DNA of 64,000 bases, from contig OY781964.1 in the NCBI GenBank assembly GCA_963677485.1, positions 768,001 to 832,000 on the forward strand. Reading direction: 5' to 3'. This stretch comes from Armatimonadota bacterium (GTDB lineage Bacteria; Armatimonadota; HRBIN16). Under the pieces are notes generated by a model. That model worked only from the letters and a program-made list of their open reading frames with translations. It had not been told where the DNA came from and ran no database searches. Shown here in pieces: positions 20,354 to 30,804 of this stretch (the first letter of the stretch is position 1; each line of letters opens with the position of its first letter). The translations under genes and the position numbers were made by a program.

Positions 20354-22321
20354 TTATGCCGTCAGGCAGCCGATGCGCAAACTATGCGGCGGTTGCTGCT
20401 TCACCGTCAAACGCCCATTCGCATATTCGACGGCCTCGCTATCTAACCGCCAGGAGATATCGGCAGATAATCCGATATCGGCCAGTGATACCGTGATATC
20501 ACTCGCCTCTTCACTCCAGTTATAGATACCTACCGTGTGCCGCATCTCATCATCGCAGATCGTGCTCACCCGGTAAGCACGCACATTTTGGTTGCCATCC
20601 CAACATATGCGATAATCGTATGGCTTGTGTGTGCCGATCTGCTGCCAGAAGTCCAGCACCACACTCTTCGATTCATCTGACCATTGCGAAGGAAAATCCA
20701 AGGTTAGGAACATCCCGCCAAACAGCCCGATGGTGCCGGTCAGCAGCGAACTCTCCTCAAAGCTCAACGATGAGTTTTCCGATCTCATCATGAACACATC
20801 GGGATCACCTTGCCACCACACTCCATGCGTGCAGGACCAAACCAACCACGCCCTGACTGTCTGCATCACCGCACCCCAGGAAGAGCCGATATCGCCACCC
20901 AGCCGCGCAAAGTCGGCGTTGCCCAGGGCGTATCGTCCAGGGATGCCGATACACGCAGACAGCAGGATGTCGTCTCCCAGGCAAGCACGCATCAGCGCGT
21001 ACAGCTCCTTGAGGGTCTCAAAGGAGGTCTTCTTGCGATCCCAGGCCTTGCGGGCCGTGCTGACAGGGTAGGTGAAGTCCAGTTTGAAATACCGCCAACC
21101 TTGGGCCACATAATCATTCAGTATGTCGGCGATGAATCTCTTCACCTCGGGATGATCTGGCTCCATGACGAAAGTCTTGCCCCAGTTGGAAAAGTAGATC
21201 GCAGGATCATCACCTACGCGCTGTATCCAGTCGGGATGATTTTGAACCATCGGATGGGCCTCATGTACCATGGTCGGCGCCAGCCAGATGCCAGGGATGG
21301 AACCAGTGCGTGCGATATCACCGGGCAGATCAGTCCAGGTTTCCGCAAACCGCTCGTTGGGCAGCCAGTTGCCCGGGCTGACTTGAAAGCCATCGTCAAT
21401 CTGGATGGTCCGGCCCCCCATTGAAGTCGGCCAACCGGCAAACTCATTCGCCGCCCGCAGTATCTCATCGGGAGTGATCCCATTGTATGTTTGGTACCAT
21501 GAGCAATATCCGGTGAGGGGTGGCCTCAGCTCACTCACATCCGCAGCTTCAGCACAGCACCTCGCCCACAGCTTTAACCCCTGCTGCCAGTCACCATACC
21601 ACATGATCGCACTTTCCATGCGGCGCTCTTCACCAGGCTCAATCACAATGTTGTCCAACAATACCCCGACGTAGAAATCGGGCTTCTCACCCGCGGCGTG
21701 ATACCCGATCTCACCAAACGCGGTGCCCGGCCCGGTGAAGCCAATCCCCCAACCCGCGCTGTGCCAGTCCGGGATGAACGCGGCGACATCCTTTGAGACG
21801 GCCCATCCTGGCGAATCATGGATGGTATCCGGCAACCTGGGCCACTGCACGCCCATGCTCATCCAAAGGTCCTCGACCGTCTTCCTGTATGGCGCGATTA
21901 CGTCACCATGGTGACGCAGAATCGGCTTTTCGGTCGGCCCCTCAAGTCCTAGAAATCCCATCTCATTTGGCAGTTCACCCGTCAGATAGCAGAACCGCGC
22001 CAGCTCCACTGCGCGTGTTTCGTGGCTGGTGAGTGTTCCTGACATCCGCAGCACTCCCGGGTTAGCAGACCAAGAGAATGTGATCATGGCGGTGAACGAA
22101 CCCAACTGAGCCTGCGTGCACAGACTGTCTGCGTGCGGTTCTACGGCATTCAGCGTCTCTGCCACGGTGTATTGCCAAGCTTCATCACCGGCATATCGCC
22201 AGTATAAAGCTGGCTTGCAGTTCTCTAGGGCAGCAATGTGATCTGCCTTGATGCTTAGCGTGTTGCTTGCCACCTCGCAGGATACAGGTACAAACGGAAT
22301 ATGTATTATGGAATGGTGCAT
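20354..22321 (-). CDS. Alpha-galactosidase-like glycoside hydrolase (GH36/GH27 clan D)
   Basis: 'GYCSWY', 'IQIDDGFQ', 'GIWLAP', 'YFKLDF', 'RLGGD', 'DPD'. Confidence 0.8.
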   Translation of the reverse strand: MHHSIIHIPFVPVSCEVASNTLSIKADHIAALENCKPALYWRYAGDEAWQYTVAETLNAVEPHADSLCTQAQLGSFTAMITFSWSANPGVLRMSGTLTSHETRAVELARFCYLTGELPNEMGFLGLEGPTEKPILRHHGDVIAPYRKTVEDLWMSMGVQWPRLPDTIHDSPGWAVSKDVAAFIPDWHSAGWGIGFTGPGTAFGEIGYHAAGEKPDFYVGVLLDNIVIEPGEERRMESAIMWYGDWQQGLKLWARCCAEAADVSELRPPLTGYCSWYQTYNGITPDEILRAANEFAGWPTSMGGRTIQIDDGFQVSPGNWLPNERFAETWTDLPGDIARTGSIPGIWLAPTMVHEAHPMVQNHPDWIQRVGDDPAIYFSNWGKTFVMEPDHPEVKRFIADILNDYVAQGWRYFKLDFTYPVSTARKAWDRKKTSFETLKELYALMRACLGDDILLSACIGIPGRYALGNADFARLGGDIGSSWGAVMQTVRAWLVWSCTHGVWWQGDPDVFMMRSENSSLSFEESSLLTGTIGLFGGMFLTLDFPSQWSDESKSVVLDFWQQIGTHKPYDYRICWDGNQNVRAYRVSTICDDEMRHTVGIYNWSEEASDITVSLADIGLSADISWRLDSEAVEYANGRLTVKQQPPHSLRIGCLTA

Positions 22322-22397
22322 TAGTTTCTCCTGACGTGTTTCACATTCGGAAATTGATGGCGAAGTTGGTGATCAATTCCGTGGATGCCTTAAATCG

Positions 22398-23171
22398 TCA
22401 CTGTGTGATGATGTCCAACCCATACATCACACATAGATTGGAGATAATATCCACTAGACTCTTGTTCGGCAATTTTAGCCCTGAAATATCAAAAGAGGTA
22501 TCTCCAGACATCCGTGTGAGAAAAAGAGTTAAATCATGCTTGATGGCATCGGGTGTTTTCACCCGGGTATTCGGCGTGATCAGTTGATACAACCTGAAGA
22601 CATCATTCCTGTGCTTGCGAATGTCTCTCTGATCTACTTTTTCACCAGCTGCGCGCCGTTGAGTGAGATCCAACCATGCTTTTACCTTCAACGGTATTAA
22701 ATGAGCAGGCATGATAATGGGTAGTCCACCAACTACCAGCTTACCTTCATGGATGAAATAGTAGTAATCGTCATTCAACAGAATGGCCGACAGGCTCGAT
22801 ATCTCGTCATCCACGGGAATCGGTGTGAGATGATGATTTACATCTATGCTCAATACTTCAGGAACTCGTGCGAACAGTTCCAGCATCACCGGGAATGATG
22901 TGTCCTCGGGGTCATAGAACCGATAGAACAGCTTCCGATCTGTGCTCTTCTGCTGGTTCTTATATCCACCATCACGCACGAACTCCCAGAACACGCTCAC
23001 AAATTCGCTGTCTAGTGCTTCCACGCAGATTACTATATCGAGATCTTTAGTGGCACGGAAATCTAGCCCGACATCCTCAAATGCTATGGAGCATGCGGTG
23101 CCTCCTATGAACGCGTATCGATCTGAGTAATTTGCGAAATGGGCTCTAAAGCGGTCCAGTCCTCTTACCAA
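22398..23171 (-). CDS. AbiEii/AbiGii-like nucleotidyltransferase (type IV TA toxin)
   Basis: 'IGGTAC', 'RATKDLDIV', 'LIPLKVKAWLDL', 'KHRNDVFRL'. Confidence 0.75.
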   Translation of the reverse strand: MVRGLDRFRAHFANYSDRYAFIGGTACSIAFEDVGLDFRATKDLDIVICVEALDSEFVSVFWEFVRDGGYKNQQKSTDRKLFYRFYDPEDTSFPVMLELFARVPEVLSIDVNHHLTPIPVDDEISSLSAILLNDDYYYFIHEGKLVVGGLPIIMPAHLIPLKVKAWLDLTQRRAAGEKVDQRDIRKHRNDVFRLYQLITPNTRVKTPDAIKHDLTLFLTRMSGDTSFDISGLKLPNKSLVDIISNLCVMYGLDIITQ

Positions 23172-24148
23172 ACTATTGCCTCCATCATTTCCTCTAGTGC
23201 AGCTTCCACTCGTTCATCTGAGTGTCCCCGTAAACTGAGATACAACGATAATCGGTCAACATATCCAGTCTGGGCAAACAGATTCGGCGAATATCGCCAT
23301 ATCTCTAATTCACAAGCATCAGCATCGGCGATAGATAACTCCTTGGTATCACTCTGTTGCTTAACACTCTTCCAACCCTCTGCACCTACCGCATATACAA
23401 TCGGATCAGGCTGCACCAGCATCGAGTAATGAGAGAGTGCCGTCAGTCCAGAAGCGAAGCCGTCCTGCTCGCAGACCTGGCGTGGAGCCAACTTACGAGC
23501 TTTCACAGGACTCTTCAAACTTGGTAGTGCCGCCTCCCACAGTGATCTTCCCATTTTTGTGAACACTAGCACTCGTTTACGACCCTGAGTTCTGGCCACA
23601 CCTAAATCAAACTGTTCGATTTCATCAAAAACCCTCTTGAATGTCATGGGGGTGTAGCCAAACCTGTCGGTCAACATTGCGGTATCCAGCGGACCATAAT
23701 ACGATGTCGTCAAAGCATTAATGACCACAAGCTGAGTAGCAGGACTGAGAGTTGGCCTCTGTGCTCGTATATTTTTGAAGTGTTCTCTCATATCCAAACC
23801 AAGGTCCGGAAGGTAAAGCTGATTACCAGGAACGATGAATGGAATCTTGTTATCGATCAGCCGATCGCGCATGTTGGATGCCATCGTGCGCGTCACATAG
23901 ATGGCCGCACCGTTCCAATCCTTCTGCACTAGAGCCATATGCTTTCGTAAAGCCGCCAGCGTTCCCTCTTCCTCCTCGCGACTGACAAGTAGAAGACACG
24001 GCCTATCAAGTATATTGACCACTTCATAGTCATATAGTGCCTGCATAAACACTGGCAAGTTGCCATATCCATGCCACTTCGCTAATTGCGCAGAGATGCC
24101 AAGTGTCTTTTCCAGGTAAGCAGTTGTCATTTGCACGAGTGTGTTCAT
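23165..24148 (-). CDS. AbiEi-like wHTH antitoxin/transcriptional regulator
   Basis: 'LIDNKIPFIVPGNQLYLP', central HTH, 'SGLTALSHYSML', 'VDRLSLYLSL..DERVE'; overlaps the toxin start. Confidence 0.7.
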   Translation of the reverse strand: MNTLVQMTTAYLEKTLGISAQLAKWHGYGNLPVFMQALYDYEVVNILDRPCLLLVSREEEEGTLAALRKHMALVQKDWNGAAIYVTRTMASNMRDRLIDNKIPFIVPGNQLYLPDLGLDMREHFKNIRAQRPTLSPATQLVVINALTTSYYGPLDTAMLTDRFGYTPMTFKRVFDEIEQFDLGVARTQGRKRVLVFTKMGRSLWEAALPSLKSPVKARKLAPRQVCEQDGFASGLTALSHYSMLVQPDPIVYAVGAEGWKSVKQQSDTKELSIADADACELEIWRYSPNLFAQTGYVDRLSLYLSLRGHSDERVEAALEEMMEAIVW

Positions 24149-24157
24149 GACTATATC

Positions 24158-24215
24158 ATAACATATTTTCAGGATGATCACATTGCCTATGTTATTGTCC
24201 TTAATTCATGTTATA
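24158..24215. promoter_or_regulatory. Inverted-repeat operator candidates over the TA promoter
   Basis: ATAACATA (24158) / TATGTTAT (24188) / CATGTTATA (24207); extended -10 TGnTATGAT 6 nt before the ATG on the - strand. Confidence 0.4.
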
Positions 24216-24332
24216 GTTCCGACCCTATCGTCAAATCAAAGCCTATGCAGGGATTAGCAGGGTCCTGGTGTAAGTATATATACACGAAGCCGACCGTAAG
24301 GCACCATGCTTCATCGCAATCGGGGAGAACTC

Positions 24333-26486
24333 ATGAAAAGCTACATCCTACCCGCACTTCTATTGGGGGCATACACAATGTTCACATATTCGCCCGCAAC
24401 AGCAGCAAACAAGGCCTCTGTGGTCAAAACACCGGCCGGTCCTGTATTAATGATCAATGGTCAGCCGACCGCCCCTGCCTTACTGCAAGTAGGCATTATG
24501 GGCGATAACACCCTCGCACAAAAGCAGGTTAAGTGGGCCGCTGAGAGTGGCATCAACATCGTCTCGCCCACACTGTGGGGTATACCCTGGACCAAAGATG
24601 GGGAGACACCCACTCTTGCAGGCACAGATATCGAATACTGGATAGATTCGATCTTGAAGGCAAACCCCAACGCACTGCTGATTCCTCGCTTCCCAGTGGA
24701 CCAGCCCCCGGCTTGGTGGGAAAAGCTGCACCCGGATGAACTGATGCTCTACCAGGATGGCACCAAAGGCCTCGCCAGTATCCACTCGAAGATATGGCGC
24801 AAGGCGGCGGCCAAGCAGATCGCCAACCTCATCGGGATTTTGGAGGAGAAGTATCCCAACAATATGATCGGCTACCACGTGTGCGGCCAGAACTCCGCGG
24901 AGTGGTTCTACGAAGGCTTCTGGGACGGAAAATACGAAGGGTTTGAGCCACCCGCGCGTGACGGGTTCAGAATCTACCTGAAGAATAAGTATAAATCTGA
25001 TAAAGCGCTTCAAACAGCCTGGGCTGATAGGTCGGTCACGCTGGCCACAGCTCCGGTGCCCACATACGCCGAACGAACCGCCAGCTCCAAAGGCAGTTTC
25101 CGCGATCCGCAGCTTCACCGTAAAGCACTAGATTTTGATGTCTACCAAAACGAGGCGATGGCAGACTGTGTATCTGAGATGTGCAAGGCGGTAAAAGATG
25201 CCGTACCCGACCGGTTGGCGCTCGCCTTCTACGGCTACACGCTGGAGTTGAGCGGCTCCGCCCGCAGCGGGCATATCGCACTCGGCAAACTACTGGAATC
25301 GCCTTATATAGACGGCATCTGCGCGCCGTATTCCTATGGCGACCGTGAGCCGGGCGGGTCAGGCAGATTTATGGGCGTGGTCGATTCGATGTTGGAACAC
25401 GGGAAAATCTTCTTTACTGAAGATGACACTCGAACCTTTATGACCGATCCTGCCGCTTCACCTGGCCGATGCGACGACTTAAGGCAGTCCGAAGGTGTCA
25501 TGACCAGGAACTTCGCCCATATCCTCACCCGAGGAGCCGGTCTCTGGTGGATGGAGCCAGTCGGTAACGGAGCCTACGCGAGTGAAGAGCTTCTGCAGCA
25601 TAACGGCAAGCTGACGAAACTCTACCAGGACACTCTAGCCACCAAAACCCGATATACCCCTGAGGTAGCAGTAATTGTAGATGAGCTGAGTGGGCTTGCG
25701 GCGAACCCCTTCATGGATGGTGTGGGCAATGAGGGTGTCAACATCAGCTTGATGGTGCGATCCCGATACAACCTCTACCGCATGGGCGCACCGCTTGGAA
25801 CCTATCTGCTGGATGATCTATTGGCAGGCAAGGTGCCCCCAGCCAAAATGTATATCATCATGAACGCGTTCAAGCTCAGCAATGCGCAGCTTACAGCACT
25901 TCGCAAGAGAGTTTGCCACGGCAACAACACAGTTGTATGGATGTATGCGCCTGGGATCATCAACGGAAACACGGTCACTCCTGAGAACGTGAGTAAAGTG
26001 ACCGGCATCAACCTTCGCCAGATCACCGGTGTGGATGGCAACATAGTGATGGAAGGCAGCGGAGAGACATTCGATGCCCTCCAGTCAGGACTATCACCCA
26101 TGTATGCCGTGGATGACCAACGGGCCACCCCCATCGCACGCTATGCGGGCAGCGGTAACGCCGTCGCGGTGGCTCAAAAGAAAATGCAGGGGTATACCAG
26201 CGTCTACTCTGGAGCGTTGCAGCTTCCGACCAGCGTTTTAAGGGCCATTGCCAATGATGCTGGGGTACATATCTACAATGATCAAGACAACATCATCATG
26301 GCTGGTAATGGATTTATGGCCCTTCATGCCACCAGTAACGGCCGCAAGATAGTTCGGTTACCCTTCAACAGCCAGGTGCAAGATGCGTTGACAAGCCAAA
26401 GCCTGGGTACATCACGGAAACTCAGCTTTGATATGCAGAAGGGCGATTCGATGCTACTGCGAGTCCAGCCAGAAAGCCGCAACTGA
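24333..26486 (+). CDS. Secreted beta-galactosidase-like glycoside hydrolase (GH42-like)
   Basis: Signal peptide, 'GYHVCGQNSAEWFY', 'YLKNKY..DKALQTAW', 'TEDDTRT', C-terminal trimerisation-like region; GGGGAG RBS. Confidence 0.65.
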   Translation: MKSYILPALLLGAYTMFTYSPATAANKASVVKTPAGPVLMINGQPTAPALLQVGIMGDNTLAQKQVKWAAESGINIVSPTLWGIPWTKDGETPTLAGTDIEYWIDSILKANPNALLIPRFPVDQPPAWWEKLHPDELMLYQDGTKGLASIHSKIWRKAAAKQIANLIGILEEKYPNNMIGYHVCGQNSAEWFYEGFWDGKYEGFEPPARDGFRIYLKNKYKSDKALQTAWADRSVTLATAPVPTYAERTASSKGSFRDPQLHRKALDFDVYQNEAMADCVSEMCKAVKDAVPDRLALAFYGYTLELSGSARSGHIALGKLLESPYIDGICAPYSYGDREPGGSGRFMGVVDSMLEHGKIFFTEDDTRTFMTDPAASPGRCDDLRQSEGVMTRNFAHILTRGAGLWWMEPVGNGAYASEELLQHNGKLTKLYQDTLATKTRYTPEVAVIVDELSGLAANPFMDGVGNEGVNISLMVRSRYNLYRMGAPLGTYLLDDLLAGKVPPAKMYIIMNAFKLSNAQLTALRKRVCHGNNTVVWMYAPGIINGNTVTPENVSKVTGINLRQITGVDGNIVMEGSGETFDALQSGLSPMYAVDDQRATPIARYAGSGNAVAVAQKKMQGYTSVYSGALQLPTSVLRAIANDAGVHIYNDQDNIIMAGNGFMALHATSNGRKIVRLPFNSQVQDALTSQSLGTSRKLSFDMQKGDSMLLRVQPESRN

Positions 26487-26524
26487 CCATCTGCAGGTCA
26501 CTGCATGCTTCTTCTATCGATAAC

Positions 26525-26557
26525 AAAACCCCCTGTCGCTAAGCGGCAGGGGGTTTT
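26525..26557. terminator. Bidirectional intrinsic terminator between the GH gene and pckA
   Basis: AAAACCCCCTGTCGC-TAA-GCGGCAGGGGGTTTT. Confidence 0.85.
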
Positions 26558-26576
26558 CTATCGGGTCAGACAGGAT

Positions 26577-28142
26577 TTACTGTCGTATTCCTAGCTTCTT
26601 GAACTGCTCATCCCACATACCGGCTACTTTAGCAGCCTGCTGGTCGTAAGCATTTTTATCAGCCCAGGTGTTGCGTGGGTTCAGGACTTCTGAAGGCACA
26701 CCGGGACACTCGGTGGGAACAGCGATTCCAAAATGAGGATCTTCGTCAAACTCGACTTGAGCAAGCGAGCCATTCAAAGCGGCGGTGATCATAGCGCGTG
26801 TGTATGGGATCTTCATGCGCGATCCCACACCGTAAGGTCCACCTGACCACCCAGTGTTGATCAGCCATACATCGCTCTCATACTCGTCAAGTTTCTTGCC
26901 AAGCAGATCGGCATACACTTTGGGAGCCAGAGGAAGGAACGGTGCACCAAAACAGGCACTGAAGGTGGGGGCTGGTTCGGTCACACCGGCTTCGGTACCA
27001 GCAACACGGCTGGTATAACCCAGCACATACTGCTCTTTGGCCTGTGCAATGCTCAGTTTGGAAACTGGAGGCAGAACGCCGAAGGCATCGCAGGTCAGGA
27101 AGAAGATATTCTTAGGATGGCCGCCCACACTAGGGATCAGCGCATTGTCAATGAAGCTCAGCGGATACCCCGCACGGGTGTTCTCTGTAATAGCCACATC
27201 GTCAAAGTCCATCAGGCGGGTGGCACTATCATACACCACGTTCTCTACGATGGTTCCAAAGCGGATGGCGTTCCAAATCTGCGGCTCGTTCTCTTCGGAA
27301 AGTTTAATGACCTTGGCGTAACAACCACCCTCGAAATTGAAGGTTCCTTTGTCGCTCCAGCCGTGCTCGTCATCACCTATCAGGTTTCGATTGGGATCTG
27401 CCGATAAAGTCGTTTTCCCTGTGCCGGATAGACCGAAGTAAAGAGCCGTATCACCCTCAGCACCCATGTTTGCAGAGCAGTGCATGGGTAGCACACCCTT
27501 CATGGGGAGGATCATATTCATTACGGAGAACACAGACTTCTTCATTTCTCCAGCGTAGGCGGTACCACCAATGATGACCATCTTCTTGGTGAAATTCGCC
27601 ACTACAAAAACGCTCTTGCCGTCTGTGCCTTCTGTGTTAGCAGGTGCTTTCAGCGTAGGAGCATAAAGCACTACCCATTCTGGCACATGGGAACCGGTCT
27701 TGGTCCAGTCAGGCCGGACAAAAAGCTGTCGTCCAAACAGATTGTGCCATGCAAATTCATTACAGATGCGGATGGGGATCCGATATGCTTCATCAGCACC
27801 AGCAAAACAATCTTGAACATACAGGTTCTTATCAGCGAAGTGTTTCTGCACCATCTCGAAAAGCACTTCAAACGCTTCAGGAGTGCATGGCTGGTTGTTT
27901 CCCCACCACACACGGTCTGCTGTGTACTCATCTTTGACGATGAACTTGGCTTTAGGAGAACGTCCTGTGCGCTCGCCTGTGCGGCAAAGTAATGCACCAC
28001 CAACGGCTAGTTTGCTCTCCTTATTACCAAGAGAGTGTTCCGTAAGCTGAGCGGTGCCTAAATTCCAGTAGATAGATCCGGTTGTATGGATACCGTGGTT
28101 ATCCAGCCCGTAGGAACTGGGGTTTACGCCTTGGTTCTGCAT
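26577..28142 (-). CDS. pckA: Phosphoenolpyruvate carboxykinase (ATP)
   Basis: 'TGRSPK', 'YAGEMKK', 'MHCSAN', 'GLSGTGKTTLS', 'IGDDEHGW', 'EGGCYAK', 'TENTR'. Confidence 0.97.
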   Translation of the reverse strand: MQNQGVNPSSYGLDNHGIHTTGSIYWNLGTAQLTEHSLGNKESKLAVGGALLCRTGERTGRSPKAKFIVKDEYTADRVWWGNNQPCTPEAFEVLFEMVQKHFADKNLYVQDCFAGADEAYRIPIRICNEFAWHNLFGRQLFVRPDWTKTGSHVPEWVVLYAPTLKAPANTEGTDGKSVFVVANFTKKMVIIGGTAYAGEMKKSVFSVMNMILPMKGVLPMHCSANMGAEGDTALYFGLSGTGKTTLSADPNRNLIGDDEHGWSDKGTFNFEGGCYAKVIKLSEENEPQIWNAIRFGTIVENVVYDSATRLMDFDDVAITENTRAGYPLSFIDNALIPSVGGHPKNIFFLTCDAFGVLPPVSKLSIAQAKEQYVLGYTSRVAGTEAGVTEPAPTFSACFGAPFLPLAPKVYADLLGKKLDEYESDVWLINTGWSGGPYGVGSRMKIPYTRAMITAALNGSLAQVEFDEDPHFGIAVPTECPGVPSEVLNPRNTWADKNAYDQQAAKVAGMWDEQFKKLGIRQ

Positions 28143-28418
28143 GTTCTATACCTCGTGTGATGTCGGTGTTAGCCCGAAGGCCACTTAGTGTGAATACTTT
28201 GAGAAATCTTTCACAATCTAATTGTATCACAGCACTTGGATGTACGCACGCCAAATTGTTGAATCAGCTACTATTTTACTGATATTCGCCAACCATAGCG
28301 GGTTGTTCGTAAATCAAAGGTTCCTGGATCACAATCTATTAGAGGTAAGGCGCGGCAACCACGCCGAATTGTTCAGGTCGTTGTTTGCATCGGCAGGCAT
28401 TGAGCATGCCTGCGCCTA

Positions 28419-29252
28419 TTAAAATGGCTTAATAGTGACGATAGTGACGCAGTTCATCATCAACGGCTGCGTAGCATAGCCGCGATCAGCAGGCGGGTTA
28501 ATCACGAGTTTCGACTCGCTGCGGCCCTCGCCCTCTACCATGTCACCTGTAACGGGATCAATAAACGAGGTGAAACGCACATTCGCTGTTCCTACAGTGC
28601 CCTCGCTGACAAGATATCCCAACTTCTCAAGTGTCGTGTCAAAGCTGCTTAACACGCGGGCCATCTTCTTGTTCCCGCGCACTTCAACCCCAACAAAAGT
28701 ATGCTTTACAGACGTGGCGATTGTAGTTTTTGGCACACTCAGCGATGCGCTCCAACTATATCCTGGCTGAACTTTGTTATTCGGGAAAGTAACGATACAT
28801 CCGTAGTTTAGCCCAAGCCACCCCAGCTCTGGTGAGCTGCTCGGCAGCAGACTTGTCAAGTCCGCCTCTGTGATCTTGCTCACTCGGTTCTGTTTGTCAA
28901 CAGTCAAGCTTGTGTTCTGAGGCAGGCTCCTGCAAGGGATACTACGGCCGTTCATATCTGTCATTAAAGGGGTAAAGCTTCTGTTGATACATGCGGTGCC
29001 ATCCGGATTGAGGGAATCAGTCTTTTCGGTCATCGATAAAGTCATATTCATTAAGGTAGGCTCAGATGTGGAAGAACCCAGTGTACTGGTCATCGCGATA
29101 CTGACCATATACTGTCTGGTGCTGCCAAGACTGAAATTTCGAGATAGTTGAACACCCGTGTCCAAAGCATATGCTACGCTAGTCATACAAAGCACGACGG
29201 CTGCCGCGAACCCGGCAACCAGCGATGGCCTCACTCGGCAAAGCATAGACAT
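28419..29252 (-). CDS. Secreted hypothetical protein
   Basis: Signal peptide ('VAYA'), beta-rich 277-aa ORF, AGGAG RBS. Confidence 0.6.
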   Translation of the reverse strand: MSMLCRVRPSLVAGFAAAVVLCMTSVAYALDTGVQLSRNFSLGSTRQYMVSIAMTSTLGSSTSEPTLMNMTLSMTEKTDSLNPDGTACINRSFTPLMTDMNGRSIPCRSLPQNTSLTVDKQNRVSKITEADLTSLLPSSSPELGWLGLNYGCIVTFPNNKVQPGYSWSASLSVPKTTIATSVKHTFVGVEVRGNKKMARVLSSFDTTLEKLGYLVSEGTVGTANVRFTSFIDPVTGDMVEGEGRSESKLVINPPADRGYATQPLMMNCVTIVTIKPF

Positions 29253-29324
29253 GTTCTTCTCCTGTAGACGGATATGTAAAATGGCACACTACTATTATAG
29301 ACGGTACCGGAGGCGTTTAGTTCG

Positions 29325-29687
29325 ATGCATAACCACTCATACACGAATCTCAGCCAAATTGCACTATATGAGCTCGTAGAGCAGATACCTGAAGGCAAAG
29401 TCGCCAGTTACGGCCAGCTTGCAGCCTACCTGCCCCAGCGTGTGCCAGCCCTCGTCGTGGGCCGCTGGATGGCAGTTTGTCCCCCTCATCTGCCATGGTG
29501 GAGGGTGTTGGGAGCTACAGGAGTTCTTCTGATCGCCAACAGAAACCCGGAATACGCTCGGCAGCAAGCGGCCCGCCTGAAGGCCGAGGGAGTGCCCTTC
29601 CTGGAACCTGACCAGGTAGACGTTGACCGTTGTCGGTGGATCCCTGACGAGGGGTGCTTGGACCGGTTATACTTATCAGGGGAGTAA
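29325..29687 (+). CDS. Alkyltransferase-like (ATL/MGMT family) DNA-binding protein
   Basis: 'IPEGKVASYGQLA'; 'PWWRV' has Trp in place of the catalytic Cys of PCHRV. Confidence 0.85.
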   Translation: MHNHSYTNLSQIALYELVEQIPEGKVASYGQLAAYLPQRVPALVVGRWMAVCPPHLPWWRVLGATGVLLIANRNPEYARQQAARLKAEGVPFLEPDQVDVDRCRWIPDEGCLDRLYLSGE

Positions 29688-29695
29688 TATTACCC

Positions 29696-30532
29696 ATGGT
29701 CACCATCCAACAACACCTTGCTGATGCCGAACGCACATTATTGCATTGCGGCATAGATGCGCCTCGACTAGAAGTTGAAGTGCTGCTGGCTGCTGCAATG
29801 GGCTGCTCACGATCTTATCTGCATGCCTATCCGGAGTTTGAAGTCACTGACGCCATTAAGCAGGTTTTTGGTGCATTTATAGCACGCCGGATACAGCATG
29901 AACCATTAGCATACATCACAGGCAAACGCGAATTCTGCAGTTACGAATTTACTGTCCGGCCTGGGGTGCTGATTCCGAGGCAGGAGACCGAGCACCTGGT
30001 AGATTTACTAGTCTCGAAAAAGCCTCGCAGGTTCGCCGATATCGGTACCGGCAGCGGCTGCATCGCTATCAGTGCGTTGAAGATGATGCCTGACAGCTAT
30101 GGGGTCGCCGTGGACATCAGCCGCAATGCTCTGGAGATAGCCGAAGTGAATGCACGTGCCTTAGGGGTCACCAACCGGCTCCAACTACTACACGGCAGCC
30201 TTTGCACCCCGTTACAAGGAGACCATTTTGACGCCATCGTGAGCAACCCGCCCTACATTGATGCGCAGGATGGGGATGAGCTTCCTGCCGAAGTGGCCAT
30301 ATGGGAACCATCACAGGCGTTGTATGCAGACTCTCATGGACTCGGATTTTACCCGATCATCGCCAGGCAGGCTCAGTTGCTGCTTCAACCGGGCGGATTA
30401 CTTGCATTCGAAGTAGGCATCAATCAGGCTGCGGATGTTGCTAGAATAATAGCTGATGAGTGTTACGAAACCCCGCAGATCATCTGCGATTATTCAGGAA
30501 TCGAGAGAGTAGTTTGGACGAGCAAAATATAA
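29696..30532 (+). CDS. prmC: Release factor glutamine methyltransferase
   Basis: 'EPLAYITG', 'VLIPRQETE', 'DIGTGSGCIA', 'VSNPPY'. Confidence 0.95.
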   Translation: MVTIQQHLADAERTLLHCGIDAPRLEVEVLLAAAMGCSRSYLHAYPEFEVTDAIKQVFGAFIARRIQHEPLAYITGKREFCSYEFTVRPGVLIPRQETEHLVDLLVSKKPRRFADIGTGSGCIAISALKMMPDSYGVAVDISRNALEIAEVNARALGVTNRLQLLHGSLCTPLQGDHFDAIVSNPPYIDAQDGDELPAEVAIWEPSQALYADSHGLGFYPIIARQAQLLLQPGGLLAFEVGINQAADVARIIADECYETPQIICDYSGIERVVWTSKI

Positions 30533-30804
30533 CAGTTTCAACACCAGGATTTCACCTACACCCCGATGTATGGGGGTATTGCGCGTGCCGACACATCATC
30601 CTGCCGCACACGCTTCGTTGCGGCTGGTGTGGACGCGAAGTCGACGAACTGAAGCCGATGGTAGTTCAGCGCGCTTCAACAGGTCGTCATCGACACGAGA
30701 CCAGCACGTCCAAACCTAAGGAGAGCCGACGGAACCGCACTCAAACCGCTTCACATCCGGAAGAGGCCGTTCCGAAACCATCAACGCAAGGAAGTCTTTT
30801 TTAA
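30514..30804 (+). CDS. Small Cys-rich (CxC...CxxC) protein with C-terminal QGSLF motif
   Basis: TTG start after GAGAG; fills the prmC-tsaC gap; TAA overlaps the tsaC ATG (TAATG). Confidence 0.6.
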   Translation: MDEQNITVSTPGFHLHPDVWGYCACRHIILPHTLRCGWCGREVDELKPMVVQRASTGRHRHETSTSKPKESRRNRTQTASHPEEAVPKPSTQGSLF

